Shown piece by piece: positions 1 through 13,806 of a stretch of 64,000 nt of DNA (positions are counted from its first letter, which is position 1; each line of letters opens with the position of its first letter). The notes under the pieces are model-generated. The model was not told the origin of the DNA. It worked only from the letters and a program-made list of their open reading frames with translations, and did not search any database. Origin of the DNA: Calcarisporiella thermophila CBS 279.70 (lineage: Eukaryota; Fungi; Calcarisporiellomycota); assembly GCF_041956535.1 (NCBI RefSeq), contig NW_027192206.1, positions 399,488-463,487 of the forward strand, written 5' to 3'. The translations under genes were made by a program, and so were the position numbers.

Positions 1-271
1 GTGCCTTGAGGCGTTTGCAATTTTATGCTCCTGCATCACCCGTTTGGCACATGATTCTTGCGATGGCGAGAGACTGTTCAGAGATCAACCATCCGACGTC
101 TGAAATATGGCATGGAAAGTCAACGTCATTGCCTGACACCGTAGGATCGGTTCTTCAGTCCTAAAATGACATTACGCCATACACGTATAAATTGATCATT
201 CCCTTCAAAGTCGGTCGAGCGTTTCTCTTTTCTTCTTCCTCACTCCATTATTTTCTAACCTCCCATCTACC

Positions 272-580
272 ATGAAACACCCCACTCTTCCTTCTGCCAT
301 CGGCCCGCTGTCGCTCCACACCGAGTATGAACCAAAGCTCTCTCTCTCGCCCCTTTCGCCCTCGGCCTCCCCTCCTTCTCCCGCCACTCCCTCGATCTCA
401 TCCACCTGCTCTTCGCTAGAGAACGACCGTTTATCCCCCGAGAGCTTGTCCCTCAACTTCACTCCGGTAGTGTTGCTTGATACAGATCCGCCCCGAGCCT
501 CTCCCCTACTGGGGAGCGAATGCAGGCCGGCTGCACCTGGTCGGCCTGGAAAAGGGTTCGCGATCCTGCGATTATTATAA
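272..580 (+). CDS. Possible small Pro/Ser-rich orphan protein (102 aa)
   Basis: ATG-started intronless ORF preceded by TATAAA (~186) and a CT-rich leader and followed by AT-rich 3' sequence; no recognisable domain. Confidence 0.3.
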   Translation: MKHPTLPSAIGPLSLHTEYEPKLSLSPLSPSASPPSPATPSISSTCSSLENDRLSPESLSLNFTPVVLLDTDPPRASPLLGSECRPAAPGRPGKGFAILRLL

Positions 581-3142
581 TCTTGGGGGGGGGGGGGTTG
601 GGCACTACGGGATGTGCACATGTGCCTACACTGCCACCTATATACAAGCACGTCCATATTCTACTATTTTGTATTGATGCTCTCTGCATTGTATTTGTAC
701 TGTTTTGTATTGTTTTATCCATATCCTCGACTCCAGCAATATCATTGAACGTTATTCTATGCTTCCATTATATGGAGATTTTGGAAACAGATTTATTTGT
801 GGAGGGTGAAAGCATTCGCCAATGGATCCAATAATAAGGGCCAGAAACCTATTGTTCCATTTTTGTTTGAATATCACACTTTAGTTGATACCCCAGCAGC
901 TTTCCTACCTCTTTTATGATGTCAAGAGCCAGAATCGAAATCGTATGAAACCTCCCGCCAATTAATTCCAAGGCCAATCGAGAGTTGGCAGAGGATACCG
1001 AAAGGGGAGTATTGTAGTTTGAGCGATGCTTCTAAGCCACTGCACTAGGCAAAGTGCTAGAGGGGGGGGAGTCTTTAGTAGGGGGCGGTTAGCTTCAAAA
1101 GGAAAAAATAAATCGCTTTTATGGGGTTCGGATGCAAGTAGGAAGACAAGCGGTGCTGCGTCGCGGTTTATTAGATGATACAGCGTCGGCTTCGGTTATG
1201 GGGAGGGTCTTCAGTGAATTGAAAGTCAATTCATTTCTCTAGGTCACAAAAGCAATCGGTGAAAAACTCAGTGAAGGGCCTCCACTCTGTCCTTTCGACA
1301 CGATTGATTTGGCTGTTCTTCAATCTCGCAGAGTGCAAAGCCATGGAGGCCAGGACGGTAGCACTCCTCCCTCATTGGATGCAGCCCATTGGAAAATTTT
1401 AACTCACGAAATGCTCGGCGTCGAGGGAGAGACAGGATAGCCCGCCGACTCCTATGGGGGGAAGGAGGCTTCCGTCGAGGGGGGATAAGCCCTTTAAATG
1501 GAGCTTTTCCTTTTCTTCGGGCACCCCCCCCTCCCGCGTTCCCCCTGGCATTAGTAAGCTTTATGCTAGTATAATATGGTGTTAAGTCACTTGTGGTTGT
1601 GTTCGTGTATATCCATATGTTTGTGTTCGTGTTTCCACGTGAAAATTCATAAGACGCAAAGATAAATAAAAAAGCGCTTCCCTTCTAGAAAAGAGTCAGC
1701 TCAGGGGCGATTCATGGGGGAAGAAGGCGGGCAGAGTTTGGGGGGCTCGATTTTTGCTAGGGGCGGTTACTTCTCGCGTAAGAGTCCGCGATGCTGGGGA
1801 GAATGGGCAGCCGAAATAAAAAAATGCTTATGAGCTTGTGCGGAACGCCTTCTTTCAAGCTTCCGAGCTGGAGCCCCCAACCCCCCTCGGGATTTTCTAT
1901 ATGAATATTCTGGTCACCTTGCGTTGTTCCTTTTCTGGACTCTGAGTTAAGTTCCACGCGTAACGCGACATAGGCGTGTTCTGTTGAACATTTCGTCATT
2001 TCTTGGAATAGGCTGCAGAGGACACTGATCTCGGGATGGCATAGTTAGGGTTCTCTGCCCTCCCCCCACCCCTCCTCTCGCAACTCTCACACCGCATGAG
2101 AAAATAAAATTGGATTTCTTCCCGGGGCCGGCCTCGAGCTCCCCCCTCCCTTCCCCTCGCCCTCCCCTCTCGCGCCCGGCCAAAGGCCTGAGCCAGGCTT
2201 CCCGGGGGGATTGTGGGCCAGGCTCGCACGCCTGAGACGCAAGGTCACGAAAAAGATTTAGAGTTGCAAACGTGTTTTCCACGAGAAAACTTGACAGCAT
2301 TTAGGCTATTCGGGCCTCACGGTGTCGAGGGCAGAGGAGACGGCAGGGGCGCAAACCCCGCTGGGAAGTTGCGTTGAACGTGTGGCCATCGTGGTCATGC
2401 CCGCCGAACTATAATGACGATTTTCTTGGTCGATGGTCGCGCAAGTCCAAGAAGGAAATTTTATCTTCGGCTATCGGAGCCAGGAAAGATACCGCTGCCA
2501 TTACACCTGTTCCGCCTCGACTATTTGACGTGAACTTAAAATTGGCTTTTCGTATTTACCCATTGATACGGAGGTCCGCCGAGCGATAAAAGGATCTCAA
2601 ATTGCGCAGCGCGCTTTTCCCGCTCGCTCTCCCCTCTCTCCTCGGCCTCTGGCCCCTTTCTCTGCTCGCCGCGAAAAGCACCGAGGCCCCCAGTCACCCC
2701 CTCGCCCCTCCTCCACCGTGGTTGCCGTCTCTTTGACGAGAGCTTATTCTTGTGATCTTTTGGTGCCTTTTCGCAGAGCCTCGGATTGGCCGAAGGGCTC
2801 AAAGATTCTTCCGTCAACTCTAATATATACAGGCCCCTCCCCTCCCCTCCCCCCGTGCTGCTTTCTCACAAGGGAAGCTTATCCCCCCTTTCTCTGCTTC
2901 CACGCTTCCCCACCGCGGTTCTGTATACTTCCTCACTCAACAGGAAGAAGTTGCTGGGCTACTTCCATTCCCTGTTTATTCATTGTACATAGACACGCCC
3001 TCCCCCACCCGACCCGACCACGGCATCCCCATTTCCCTCTGAACAAGACCGGGGCAAAGCGCAGAAGTCACACTTGCCTTTGCACGCAAGAAAGCAGGGA
3101 CTGCAGCCAAAAGGCAAGGGAAGGCGACGAAAAGAAGCCGGA

Positions 3143-3716
3143 ATGTTTGGAAGACGGCAGTCGGGAAAATCCAAGCAACACGAGCAAGAGCGGCAGCAGC
3201 AACAGCAGCAAGAGGCGGGCAAAGAAGCGGAGCAGTCGCAGACGGAGCAGCCCCATGAACGGCAATTGCTGCAGCCATCCACCTCTGCGCCCGCCTTATC
3301 GCGGCATCCGGGAGGGACCCATCCCGGCTACCGCAGTGTGCCCGGCTGGCGGCCGCTCAAGATCAACGAGAAGTTCACGGGCTTCGCGTATTACGAGGGA
3401 GGCACCTCACACACCCGCTACCTCTCACACCTCCCCGAAACCCCCTGGCCACACGCCTCGGCCTTTGACGAGTTACGCGCACGCGAAACCCTCTCATATT
3501 TCGCTGAGCCTTACGTCGCCATGTTTAATGACAAGCCCCATTATTACTGCCTCAATTGCAATGTTGGTAAGGATGATTTGTGCAGCGCTATGTCATCAAA
3601 TTCCTAACGCTTGTTTTTGTATTTGATGGATCCGCATTCAATCCATCCATCTAGGCTGGGATGATGAGGAGATCACACGGAAACATATTCGTGATGAACA
3701 CGGTCCTCACAATTAG
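3143..3716 (+). CDS. Hypothetical protein with Gln-rich N-terminus and a single C-terminal C2H2-type zinc finger (2 exons)
   Basis: ATG 3143. Removing intron 3567-3654 (GTAAGG...CTAG) gives YYCLNCNVGWDDEEITRKHIRDEHGPHN* = C-x2-C-x12-H-x4-H. TATA-like TAATATATA at ~2821. Confidence 0.65.
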
Positions 3717-4725
3717 AATCCTCCCTTTGCAATCCACATTCACATGCGGCTAATCCACTGCTGTTAATCTAATGCATCGCCTAAGACACTTTGATCTCAT
3801 CCTTATTTATTTGTCGTTGTTATATATCTTTTGTCTAGCGCTGGGCGCATGTTTGAGCAGAAACACGCGAAATTAAAAAAAATCCCTTTTTCTCATCCTC
3901 CCCTTTCAACTATTAAAATCTGTCATCTTTAATTTCTACTCGTGAATTTGCCCCAAGTAATGTCAACCTTTCTTTTTTTTTTATTACTCCTCGCTAATTC
4001 TTTCACCAAATATACAGATAGACTAGAATGTGTTAATAATAATGCTCTAAAACCTTATGTGACTGGGCAGAATACTTGGTAAATAGGATTGTCTCGGGTC
4101 AACTTCGGCCAGATGACGTGGCGTCCATGTGCAGGCATGGTGGGAATCAAACGGTAGTTGGGATTAAGGACCAGACTATTCAAGCCTATTTTGCAGAAGC
4201 GGATCTGATTCTGATCGACTCATACCGGAAGAGAGCTCGACAGGGGAGGTGGGCTGGAGGATCAGCAGTGCTGATAAAACGGTTTAATGGCAATAGGTGT
4301 CAGAAGAAAATGTTCATATGCGCAAAAAGGGCGTTTCCAGTGCCAATCCATTTAAACTCTTACTGTATTAGTCAGCCGTATAATCAGGCCCGGATAAACT
4401 ACGGCGATTTGCTAAGGCAGGTCGTGCAAGCCACTCTCGGATAGGCCACGCAAGCATGGAGGGTGACTTGTGGGGTACTTACTCACCCATTAGGTGGAGA
4501 GCTTTGAAAAGGAAATCTCAAGAAGCACTGCTGAATAATCGTTATGGTGACTGTTAACCATGACAAACGTCGACGTGGCTATAAATTCAGGGTTTAATGC
4601 TCCGATATTTAATATTTAATACCAAGCATAGGGCTCCAAAACCAAAACAGCGACTCTTTTGCAAGTTTGGAATTCATTTTCTTTGAATTCTCCAATCCCG
4701 GAAAAAAAGAACCAACTCCATTATA

Positions 4726-7700
4726 ATGTGGTTCCGCAAACAGAAACCACCCCCACCCCCTCCGGCCGAGAGCCAGCCATTGCCAAAGCGCAATTTCCTT
4801 TCCGATCTAGTGTTTCATTGGGCAACCCCCCTACTGAAGGTCGGCTACAAGAGACCTCTGCAGAAAGAAGGTGAGTGGAGTGGACTGTCGAGATCTTCAC
4901 ATGGAGGACTAAATTGGGTCTTGTAGATCTCTATGTTCTAAATACAACACAGCAGGCTGAGTATCTCTCCAATCGTTTACGGGAGAATTGGGCCAAAGAA
5001 ACTAGAAAGACAAAGCCTTCGCTCGTTCGAGCATTATGGGCCACATTCTCAAGCATTCTTATAGTGGCGGGTATTCTTCGAGTGGTTTCCGATGTGCTGA
5101 CCGTCATAGCGCCCCGTGAGTCATAGTTGTTGTTTGTGTTTTGTTGGGTCATTCTTCTCACTTTGCACTCTATCGCTCCTCTGCTTAGTTATGATTCAGG
5201 AAATTATCGCCGTCGTCAGTCAATCGAGCTCTTCAAACCCACCTCCGGAGTGGAAAGGATACGTTTTCGCCGTTGCACTCTTCTTGATTCAGGAGTTAAT
5301 GTCACTGACATTGCAGCACTCTTTCCAAATCGGAATGTCGGGTGGCATTAGTGTGCGCACCGCCGTTATTACCACCATCTACCGCAAAGCACTCGTATTG
5401 AGTGGGAAAGCACGCCAGGTATGGCATTGCATTGCATGACATTGCATTAGCGTGGAATCTTCTCCATGCCTCCCCTCCCCCCCCCAGAGATTCGGTCGCT
5501 AATTTTAACTCGGTCTGAAATCTCATTCTAGGAATTCACCAATGGAAAAATCACCAATCTCATGTCTACGGATGCCGCCCGCCTGGACATGGCAGCGGGT
5601 TATCTCCACAACCTTATCAGTGCGCCTGTTGAGATCGTGGTTGCCCTTATTCTTCTCATTCGCTATCTTGGCCCGTCGGCGCTGGCTGGACTTGCAGTGC
5701 TTGTCGCCTTTGGTCCTTTGCAAGGTCAAATCATGAAGGTGCTAGCCAAGTTCCGGAAGAAGGCGACCACCGTGACGGATTCTCGGATAAAGCTCACCCA
5801 GGAAGTGCTCTCCGGAATGCGCGTGATCAAGTTCTACGGCTGGGAGAAGAATTTCCTGGATCGTCTCGGCATCCTTCGACGCAGAGAATTGCACTACGTT
5901 CGTCAATTGCTTATGGTGCGTGCAGGTGTTGCAGGAGTCACTATGGTAAGCGATTTGAGATTGCCATTCGGACGACGCAGGAGCCTCTTTATCTGACGCT
6001 TTTCTTTGTGTTCTCTGTGGTTTAGATGGTTCCGACCCTGGCCACCATTGTCACCTTTATTATTTATACAGTGATTGGCAACGAATTGACCCCCGAAGTC
6101 GTCTTCCCAAGTCTTGCCCTGTTCAATATGGTATGCTCTCCCGATTCCCTCTTCTCGGTTGGCTTGCATGTTAAATGTTGTTTTTCCAATCTATCTAGAT
6201 TCGCATTCCACTTATTATGCTTCCAATGGTCATTGCGGCGGTCGCAGACGCCAAGGTCTCACTCGGCCGTATCCAAGAGATGCTTCTCTCCCCAGAGCTC
6301 GACACCCTTCCCCCCATTGTTGCCGACGCTAAATACGCAGTGCGGGTGACCGATGGCGAGTTTGTGTGGGAGTCTCCCCCCGAAAACCCTCCTGAGAGCA
6401 AGAGCGAAAAGAAAAAGAAGAAGAAGCTGGCGAAAAAACAAGCCAAAGCCCTTGGGGAAGCCGCTGCCGATAGCCGTGAGAAGAAGCCCGAGGAGGTGGA
6501 TACCATGGATAAAGAGGAGCATTCTGAGGGGTCGACCACAGAGCTCGCGGAGACAGATTCGAATGAAAATACCCTCAAAGAGAAGAATGAACAAAACGAT
6601 TTTGTCCTACGGAATGTTCAGCTCAATATTCCTCGCGGGCAACTGGTTGCTGTCGTGGGTGCCGTCGGATCCGGTAAAAGCTCGCTGTTGAATGCCCTAG
6701 TCGGTGAGATGCGCAAGACTCGCGGAGAAATCGAATTCGGTGGAACGGTCGGATATTGTCCACAGACGCCCTTCATTCAGAACGCGTCTGTGCGCGGCAA
6801 TATCACCTTTGGCCTGCCCTTCGACCAGGAGAAATACCAACGTGTAGTGGACGCGTGTGCCCTTACCCCCGATCTGAAGATTTTGCCTGATGGCGATCAG
6901 ACGGAGATTGGGGAACGGGGTGTGAACATCAGTGGAGGTAAAGCATTTTATGCATTTTTTTTTTCCCCTGATAGAAATGGATTCCTAATGCTTCATGGTC
7001 CATTGAATAGGGCAAAAACAGCGGGTCAATATCGCCCGAGCCGTCTATTTCGACAGCGACATTGTGCTCCTCGACGATCCGCTCTCCGCAGTCGACTCGC
7101 ATGTCGGGCGGCATTTGTTCGAAAAATGTATCCTTGAGGCCCTGAGCGGCAAAACCCGCATCTTGGTCACCCACCAGCTACATTTCCTTCCCCGGGTCGA
7201 CTACATTATTGTGATGGATGACGGAGAAGTGCGAGAGGAGGGAACCTATGCCGACCTCATGAAAGCTGACGGGGAATTTGCCCTTCTGATGAAAAATTAC
7301 GGCGGGGTGGAGGACGAGGATGAGGAGGCTGAGAAGGAGGCGAAGGAGTCCGAGCAGGCAGCCCAGCTTGAAGCCACGGAAGAGGCCGCTGTAGAGGTGG
7401 CCGCGATCAAGGACGGGGATACGAAGAAAGAGGTGGCCATCCAAAAAGCGGCCCGCCTAATGACAGAGGAGGAGCGGTTCACGGGCAACGTGGACAAACG
7501 GGTGTACATCGCCTATATGAAATCGGCTGGCGCCTACACGCTCTCGCTGGTGTTCGTGTCTCTCATACTCTCACAGGCGTCCAACATCATGACGAGCGTG
7601 TGGCTTTCCTTCTGGTCTGGAAATCGATTTGAGCTCCAAGGGCCGGTGTACATGGGCGTGTACGCTGGCTTGGGAGGAGCCCAGGCTCTTCTCTCGTTTG

Positions 7701-9384
7701 TGAATGGTATCTTTTTCGCTATGGCTACGGCGCTCGCTGCGGAACGGCTCCACTCTGCGACACTGAACAACGTGCTCCGCGCACCCATGGCCTTTTTCGA
7801 CACAACCCCCCTTGGTCGCATCATTAACCGCTTTTCCAAGGATGTGGATGCTATCGACAACCTTTTGGGCGAATCGTACCGCATGTTTTTGCAGACCCTG
7901 TTCCTTGTCTTTTCCATCTTCGTTCTGATTGCCACCATCTTCCCCGTGTTCCTCGCGCCCATCGTCCCGCTACTTGGCATCTATTACATCGCCGGCTCCT
8001 TCTACACCGCCACCTCGCGCGAGCTCAAGCGCCTGCAATCGATTCTGCGCTCTTCGCTCTACGCTAATTTTAGCGAGACTCTCTCCGGCCTGCCGACCAT
8101 CCGTGCCTTCCGCGTGCAGCAACGTTGCATAGGCGATAACGAACGCTTCTCCGACCTCGAGAATATGGCCTACTACTTGACCATCACCATCCAGCGGTGG
8201 CTCGGCCTGCGCCTTGAACTCCTGGGCAATACCATTGTGTTCCTTGTGGCCATCTTCTCCGTCGCCTATCGGTACAACGTCAGTTCCTCTATCGTGGGTC
8301 TGTTGCTCAGCTACTCGCTCCAGACCACCAACACGTTTGGGTGGTGTGTTCGCCAGCTGGCCGAAGTGGTAAGTTGCGATCCATTTGGTTTCGCCGTGGT
8401 CTTTGCATCGCTGTGGCGGCTTGAAATTCATTTTCCCCTGCACATTTAGGAAACCAACATGAATGCCGTGGAGCGTCTCTTCCATTACGCGTACAATCTG
8501 GAGCAAGAGGCCCCCGACGTCATCCCCGATAATCGTCCGCCGGAGAACTGGCCGGCTCGCGGCGAAATTCAGATCGAGAACATGCAGCTGCGTTATCGCG
8601 AGGGGCTTCCCGTCGTGCTCAACGACATCAATGTACATATTCACGGGGGAGAAAAGATTGCCGTGGTGGGGCGCACTGGCTCGGGTAAATCGTCCATCAT
8701 GGTCGGCCTCTTCCGTATCGTTGAATTGTGCGGTGGGCGCATCATGATCGATGGTGTCGATGTGTCGAAGATCGGTCTCAACGACCTGCGCACGAAACTC
8801 GCCATCATCCCGCAGGATCCGGTCCTGTTCCATGGCACGTTCCGATCGAACGTGGATCCATTCGGACGGTACACCGATCTGGAAATTTGGGATGCTCTGG
8901 CTCGCTCCGATCTCAAGAACTACGTCTCGAGTCAGCCTGGCGGGCTCGAGGCCCCTATTGCCGAGGGCGGCGAGAACTTGAGCGTGGGGCAACGCCAGCT
9001 GATCTGTCTGGCTCGTGCCCTGCTTACCAAGGCCAAAATTATTGTGCTGGATGAAGGTAATTTTACTTGGGCTCATTCGGATTCCCGGCCATTACTGACG
9101 CTCTTCCGCCCCTAATAGCCACCGCTTCCGTGGATTTGCAGACCGATGCGCTGATTCAGCGGGCGCTTCGTGAAGACTTCAAGGACTCCACCGTCCTCAC
9201 GATTGCCCATCGTCTCAACACCATCATCGATTACGATCGGGTGCTCGTTTTGGAGGCGGGCAAGGTAAAGGAGTTCGATACGCCGGCCAAGCTCCTCGAG
9301 GATCCCGAGGGTGCGTTCACCCAGATGGTGGAGAACACCGGGCCCACCAATGCAGCTCTCCTAAGGAATATGGTGAAAAATTGA
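4726..9384 (+). CDS. ABCC/MRP-family ABC transporter (Yor1-like), multi-exon
   Basis: Walker [10 protein letters not shown] and GRTGSGKSS; signatures ISGGQKQR (across an intron) and LSVGQRQL; Walker B LLDD/VLDE; [17 protein letters not shown] motif; short GT-AG introns link the ORF pieces; no TMD0. Confidence 0.95.
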
Positions 9385-10221
9385 TACCCTTATAGATACT
9401 GGTCTTAATAATTGTCACTCATCACGCACGTTATCATCCCACTCTGTCTCGTTATTTATCAATCTTATTCATATTTAAAATCTCTTCCCTATCTTGCGTC
9501 GGCTCCTCACACTATTTATTATCACCTCCCAATTCAATCTACATTGCTTCCTGGGTCCCTTTTTTCCCGGATTTTTCATACACTTAATAAACACAGAGCT
9601 ATAATCACGATGAGTTTTCGACAGATTTGTTTAGCGCTTTATTTTAATTCATTCTTCTTGAATCGCGCGTTCCAATCGCGAGGCGGGGAGCATGGATCGC
9701 TGGACCGTTACGCAAAATCAAAGCGAAAAAGCTCGTGTGCATTTAGGCATATTGACAAGTGGCAAATGGCCGCGCGGCCCTGAACCGGTTTGAAATTTGT
9801 TTTTATTATGCTCATTACATTTACTTGTGGTCCTTGTTTACCGTGCATCCCGCAGCAAAAGGCTTACTTCACATCATCTTCCCCCTCTCCACTACAGAGC
9901 GTAAAGAAGCCCTTTCGCGTCGTCCGTTCCTTTTTTTTAGCCCCCCCCCCTTTTTTTTTCCCTTCCTTAAAATTGAAGCTTCGAGTTTTATTTTTTATTT
10001 TTTCTTCCTCTTATTTTTCCCTCCCCTTATTCCTGATCGGATAGAGGCTAGGTCGAAGATCAGAATGGTCCACTTTCCTTCGTGTATACCTCGAGAGCAT
10101 CTATTAAATTAAAGATTCCATGTTTTATATACCTACTCACTTTCTTTATTCCCTGTATATGATAATTATTTCATTTCTTAATCCTACTGCCTTATCATCT
10201 AATCTCAACCAAGCTAATACA

Positions 10222-13200
10222 ATGCGCTCGAGGCTGCCCCATGGGCAGCGCCATAGACATCCTAGTCAATTTCCATCGCTCTTGCCGCAACCATCATTGG
10301 CCTTGCTCCTCTTCCTCATCATCCTGGCTAGCTTCGCCGGAATGGCCCAGAGTCAACAAACTCTGGTGATACCCGTTTCGGTGGTGGCCGCCAAGCCCAT
10401 CCCTCCTCAAGCTGCAGCCCGCGGGGTGCAGTTTCTCTTCACCATCCCGACAACCACCTTTGCCCTCGACAATAGCGGAACCAGCGCCACGCAATCTAAC
10501 GATGTGCTCTCGCTCCTCCATCTCTCCGCCTCGCTCTCCCCCGACGGAAAACAAGCGCTGCCTAGTTGGCTGGTGTTCGATCCGACCACCTGGACTTTCT
10601 CGGGCATCCCTCCCGCCACCGCCTCGTCTATCACCGTGTATGTCATCGCAACCGACGGCGCGAACAACACGCTGATGCAATCGTTCGCGCTAGTTCTCGA
10701 TGAGCGTTATCCCCCGAAGCTCCTTCGCTCCATCCCGGATCAATGGGTCTATTTTGGCCAATTTGTGCAGTTCACACTGCCGGCTGGTAGTTTTGCTTCC
10801 GCCGTCGGCGGGAATCTCCAATACTCGGCAACCATTGAGGGCGGCTGGCTTAGCTTCAACCCAACGAATCTCACGTTCACCGGCTGGGCACCTGCCGCGC
10901 CCTCACCCGATGTCCAGGGACCCAAGCAGAACATGTCGGTGGTGGTGACGGCCAAAGACCAGCTGAACGGAATGACGGCCACGGGACTCCATGTGATCGT
11001 GGTTCCCGATCCCAACGTGCATGGATCCTCTGGCGGCGCAACGGGAGCGCCCGGGGGGTCATCAGCTGCAAACGGACAACAAGGGAGCGGACAAGCTATG
11101 ACAGGCACTTTGCCGACCGCGCTGGTGGTCGGGTTGACGGTAGTGTCCGGGGTAGCCATCATTCTCGTTGGGGTGCTGATGGGGGCATTCTGCTGCTGGT
11201 ATCGTCGCCGCAACAAGAAACGTCAGCTTAGCCAAATGCCGCCCGAGGACGTGGAGAAATACTCGCCATGGGAACCTCCGCACTCGCATCCTCATCGCAT
11301 CTCTTTCTGCCCGCCATCTTTCGACTTCCACGAGGAGGACTATCTGCCCCCCATGATGGAGGACGACATACACCAGGCCGATCGTCTCGCAGTCCCCACT
11401 CTGAAATCGCGGCGTCAGTCGTACATGTCGGGCTCGATGCAACGCGGCCACTCGCGGAGCGACCGAACCTCCCACTTTTCCGACACCGCGAGCGCCGAAG
11501 GAAGCGAAGCGGCTCCCCCTGCGACCGCCATGGGCACCTATCCAGGCTACGACCCGTCCTTTTACCGACGCGAGCGGGTAAGTAGCGTCGGTTTGGCCGG
11601 GGATCCGCGTCGGCACACCATGGCATTTTACGGCTCCAATCGCATGTACCCGACCCGCCCTCCGCCCTCGCACCAATATCGCCGCAACCGCCACAGCATG
11701 ATGCTCTCTCCTGAAACAGCCCACCACCGTCCCGTACGTACCCCCAGTTGGCGAGCGGTATCGCGTCTCTCCGTCCCGTCGGGCGGGGAGATTTCGTGGA
11801 TGGCACCTGGAGGGCAGCGATTGCGACGGACCACAGAGCGTGTATCGGAGGTGGCGCGTCGGGTGAGCGCGGTACCCACTGAGTTCTTTGACTCGGACGA
11901 CACTTCTTCCGAGAGCGCTTCGTCGGATAGCAGCGAGCAAACCAGCATGGGCGTGATGATGGATGCATCGATTGCGGCGTTTGAGCGACGTAAGGCCGCG
12001 ATGTCTCGCGAGTTCGGGAATGTGTCGGATACGGGGGGGAGCTTTCGGATTGGAGCATCCGAAATAGGTAAGGATCACCAGGGGTCGGAGTCCGAGGATG
12101 AGGTGGACGAAGAGGAGGAGGAGGAGGTGGTGGGAGAGGAGGAAGGAGTGGAGGAGAATAAGATAAAAAATACGAAATCACTACAGGTTAAGGAGAAGGG
12201 AAAAGCGGGAAGGGGAAAAGTGGAAGATGAATTGGCCGATGAGCGTGGGGCCTCATCCTTTCGCTTTTCCCTTAACATGAACAATCCCTTTGCACGCGAG
12301 TGGGTCAAGAAGATAGTGGGGAGTGGGAGCAGCGTGGGCAGCGGCAACAGTAAAGAGCAGGCGCCGGAGACGGACGTGGAAGAGGAGAAACCCGGGCCGG
12401 AAAGAGAGAACTCCCTCTTCCCGCGCACCCTCCAAATTGACACCTCTATGCAGAGAGACCAGCCATCGCAGCCTCAGACCCAGCCCAAGCAGGACGGCTC
12501 AGCGCTGCCCAGTGATGCTTCGCTGTTCCGCAAAACACAGGACCCGCAGGGGAACTGGACGACTTCCAATGACGATGGCAGGGGAAGGGGAAAGGATGAG
12601 GTCGCGGAGGCCAGGGCGGCCGCTGTAGCAGTGCGCCCGTCTCAGTGGGATGACGGAAAGGATATACGCTCTTTGCACCCGATAGATTTTGATAACAGCC
12701 GTCGTTCCTCCGCTGACACACGCACCTCTAGTGGAGATAGCGCGCCACCGACCCCCAACTCCGGATACATTTGCGTCTCGGCTGATGTCATGGTGACAAC
12801 GGCCGACTCGGCTATGCGCTTGATCAATGGTCCGGATATGAATGAGAAAAAAAATAGGTAGGCGTGCGATGCCATTTCCTGATTTCAAATGCTATGTGAG
12901 AGTTGTATTGATTTCGCTTCTTTTTGCCAGCGAGTTACCCTCCATGACAACGGCGGAGAAGCGCCTATCTCAAGGATGGAGTATCTATAAACGGCTGTCT
13001 AATAGCGTGGCCCCACGGCTTAGCCTAGATGAAGTCTCCACGGTGGCGTTATCCCCAGAAAAAAATGGGGTTGATACCGATGCTTCGACACTTTCTCGGT
13101 CACCCACGCGTCCTGCACCCATTCTTGTAGCCCACGTTGGAGAGCCCTTCCATCATGCGGCACGCGCAGCAGCAGATTCACTGGCTGCGGGATGTCGCCT

Positions 13201-13450
13201 GATGGCCGAATTGGATGGGTCGCTGCCCCCCGGGAGAGGGGAAAAGCTTCCGTCGTGGCTGCATTTCGACCCTCCGACTGCAACTCTATGGGGCGTACCG
13301 TACGGGTACGACTCGAATGGGAACATAAAAGTGAGAGTGATGAGTTTGCCGGCAACAAAAACGGGTCGGGAGGAGAGTGAAATAAAGGTGGTGTGTCGAT
13401 TGGTAATAAGAATTGTTGCAGATGGTGAGGCCGTGCGTGCCGTTGAGTGA
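10222..13450 (+). CDS. Axl2-like type I membrane protein with dystroglycan-type cadherin-like (CADG/He_PIG) domains (2 exons)
   Basis: Signal peptide (LALLLFLIILASFAGMAQS); LPSWLVFDPTTWTFSGIP and WLSFNPTNLTFTG repeats; TM helix followed by CCWYRRR; long disordered tail; intron 12858-12930 joins to exon 2, which carries a further LPSWLHFD repeat. Confidence 0.75.
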
Positions 13451-13806
13451 GGAGAGCAGTTTATTTTGTTTGTTTTGCATGCTAGTCCCAAATAATTTTG
13501 TTTCTATCTCTTTAATCTGCCTACACTTTTCCTTTACATTTTCATTTTTCAATTTTCATTTTTTTTTTCCCTCTTCTCTAATGTCAAGCTGAGTATTATA
13601 CAAATATACAAAATGATATTTCCTACTGACGACACAATACACGAAGCACACCTCGTGCGCCTGGAATGTCCGTGCCACTTCATAAAGCTGAATATGGAAA
13701 ATAAAATTACGGATTCGAGAAACTTAACTTTGCGCATAGTATCCATTCTCTCTTCCTTCTCCACTGATTGTTATAGCTGGTATATACAGACATATACTTG
13801 GTCGGC

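Noticed and set aside
4076-4444. 122-aa ORF upstream of the ABC transporter
   Set aside because: TTG start, no motif and no coding-like composition; probably promoter sequence.
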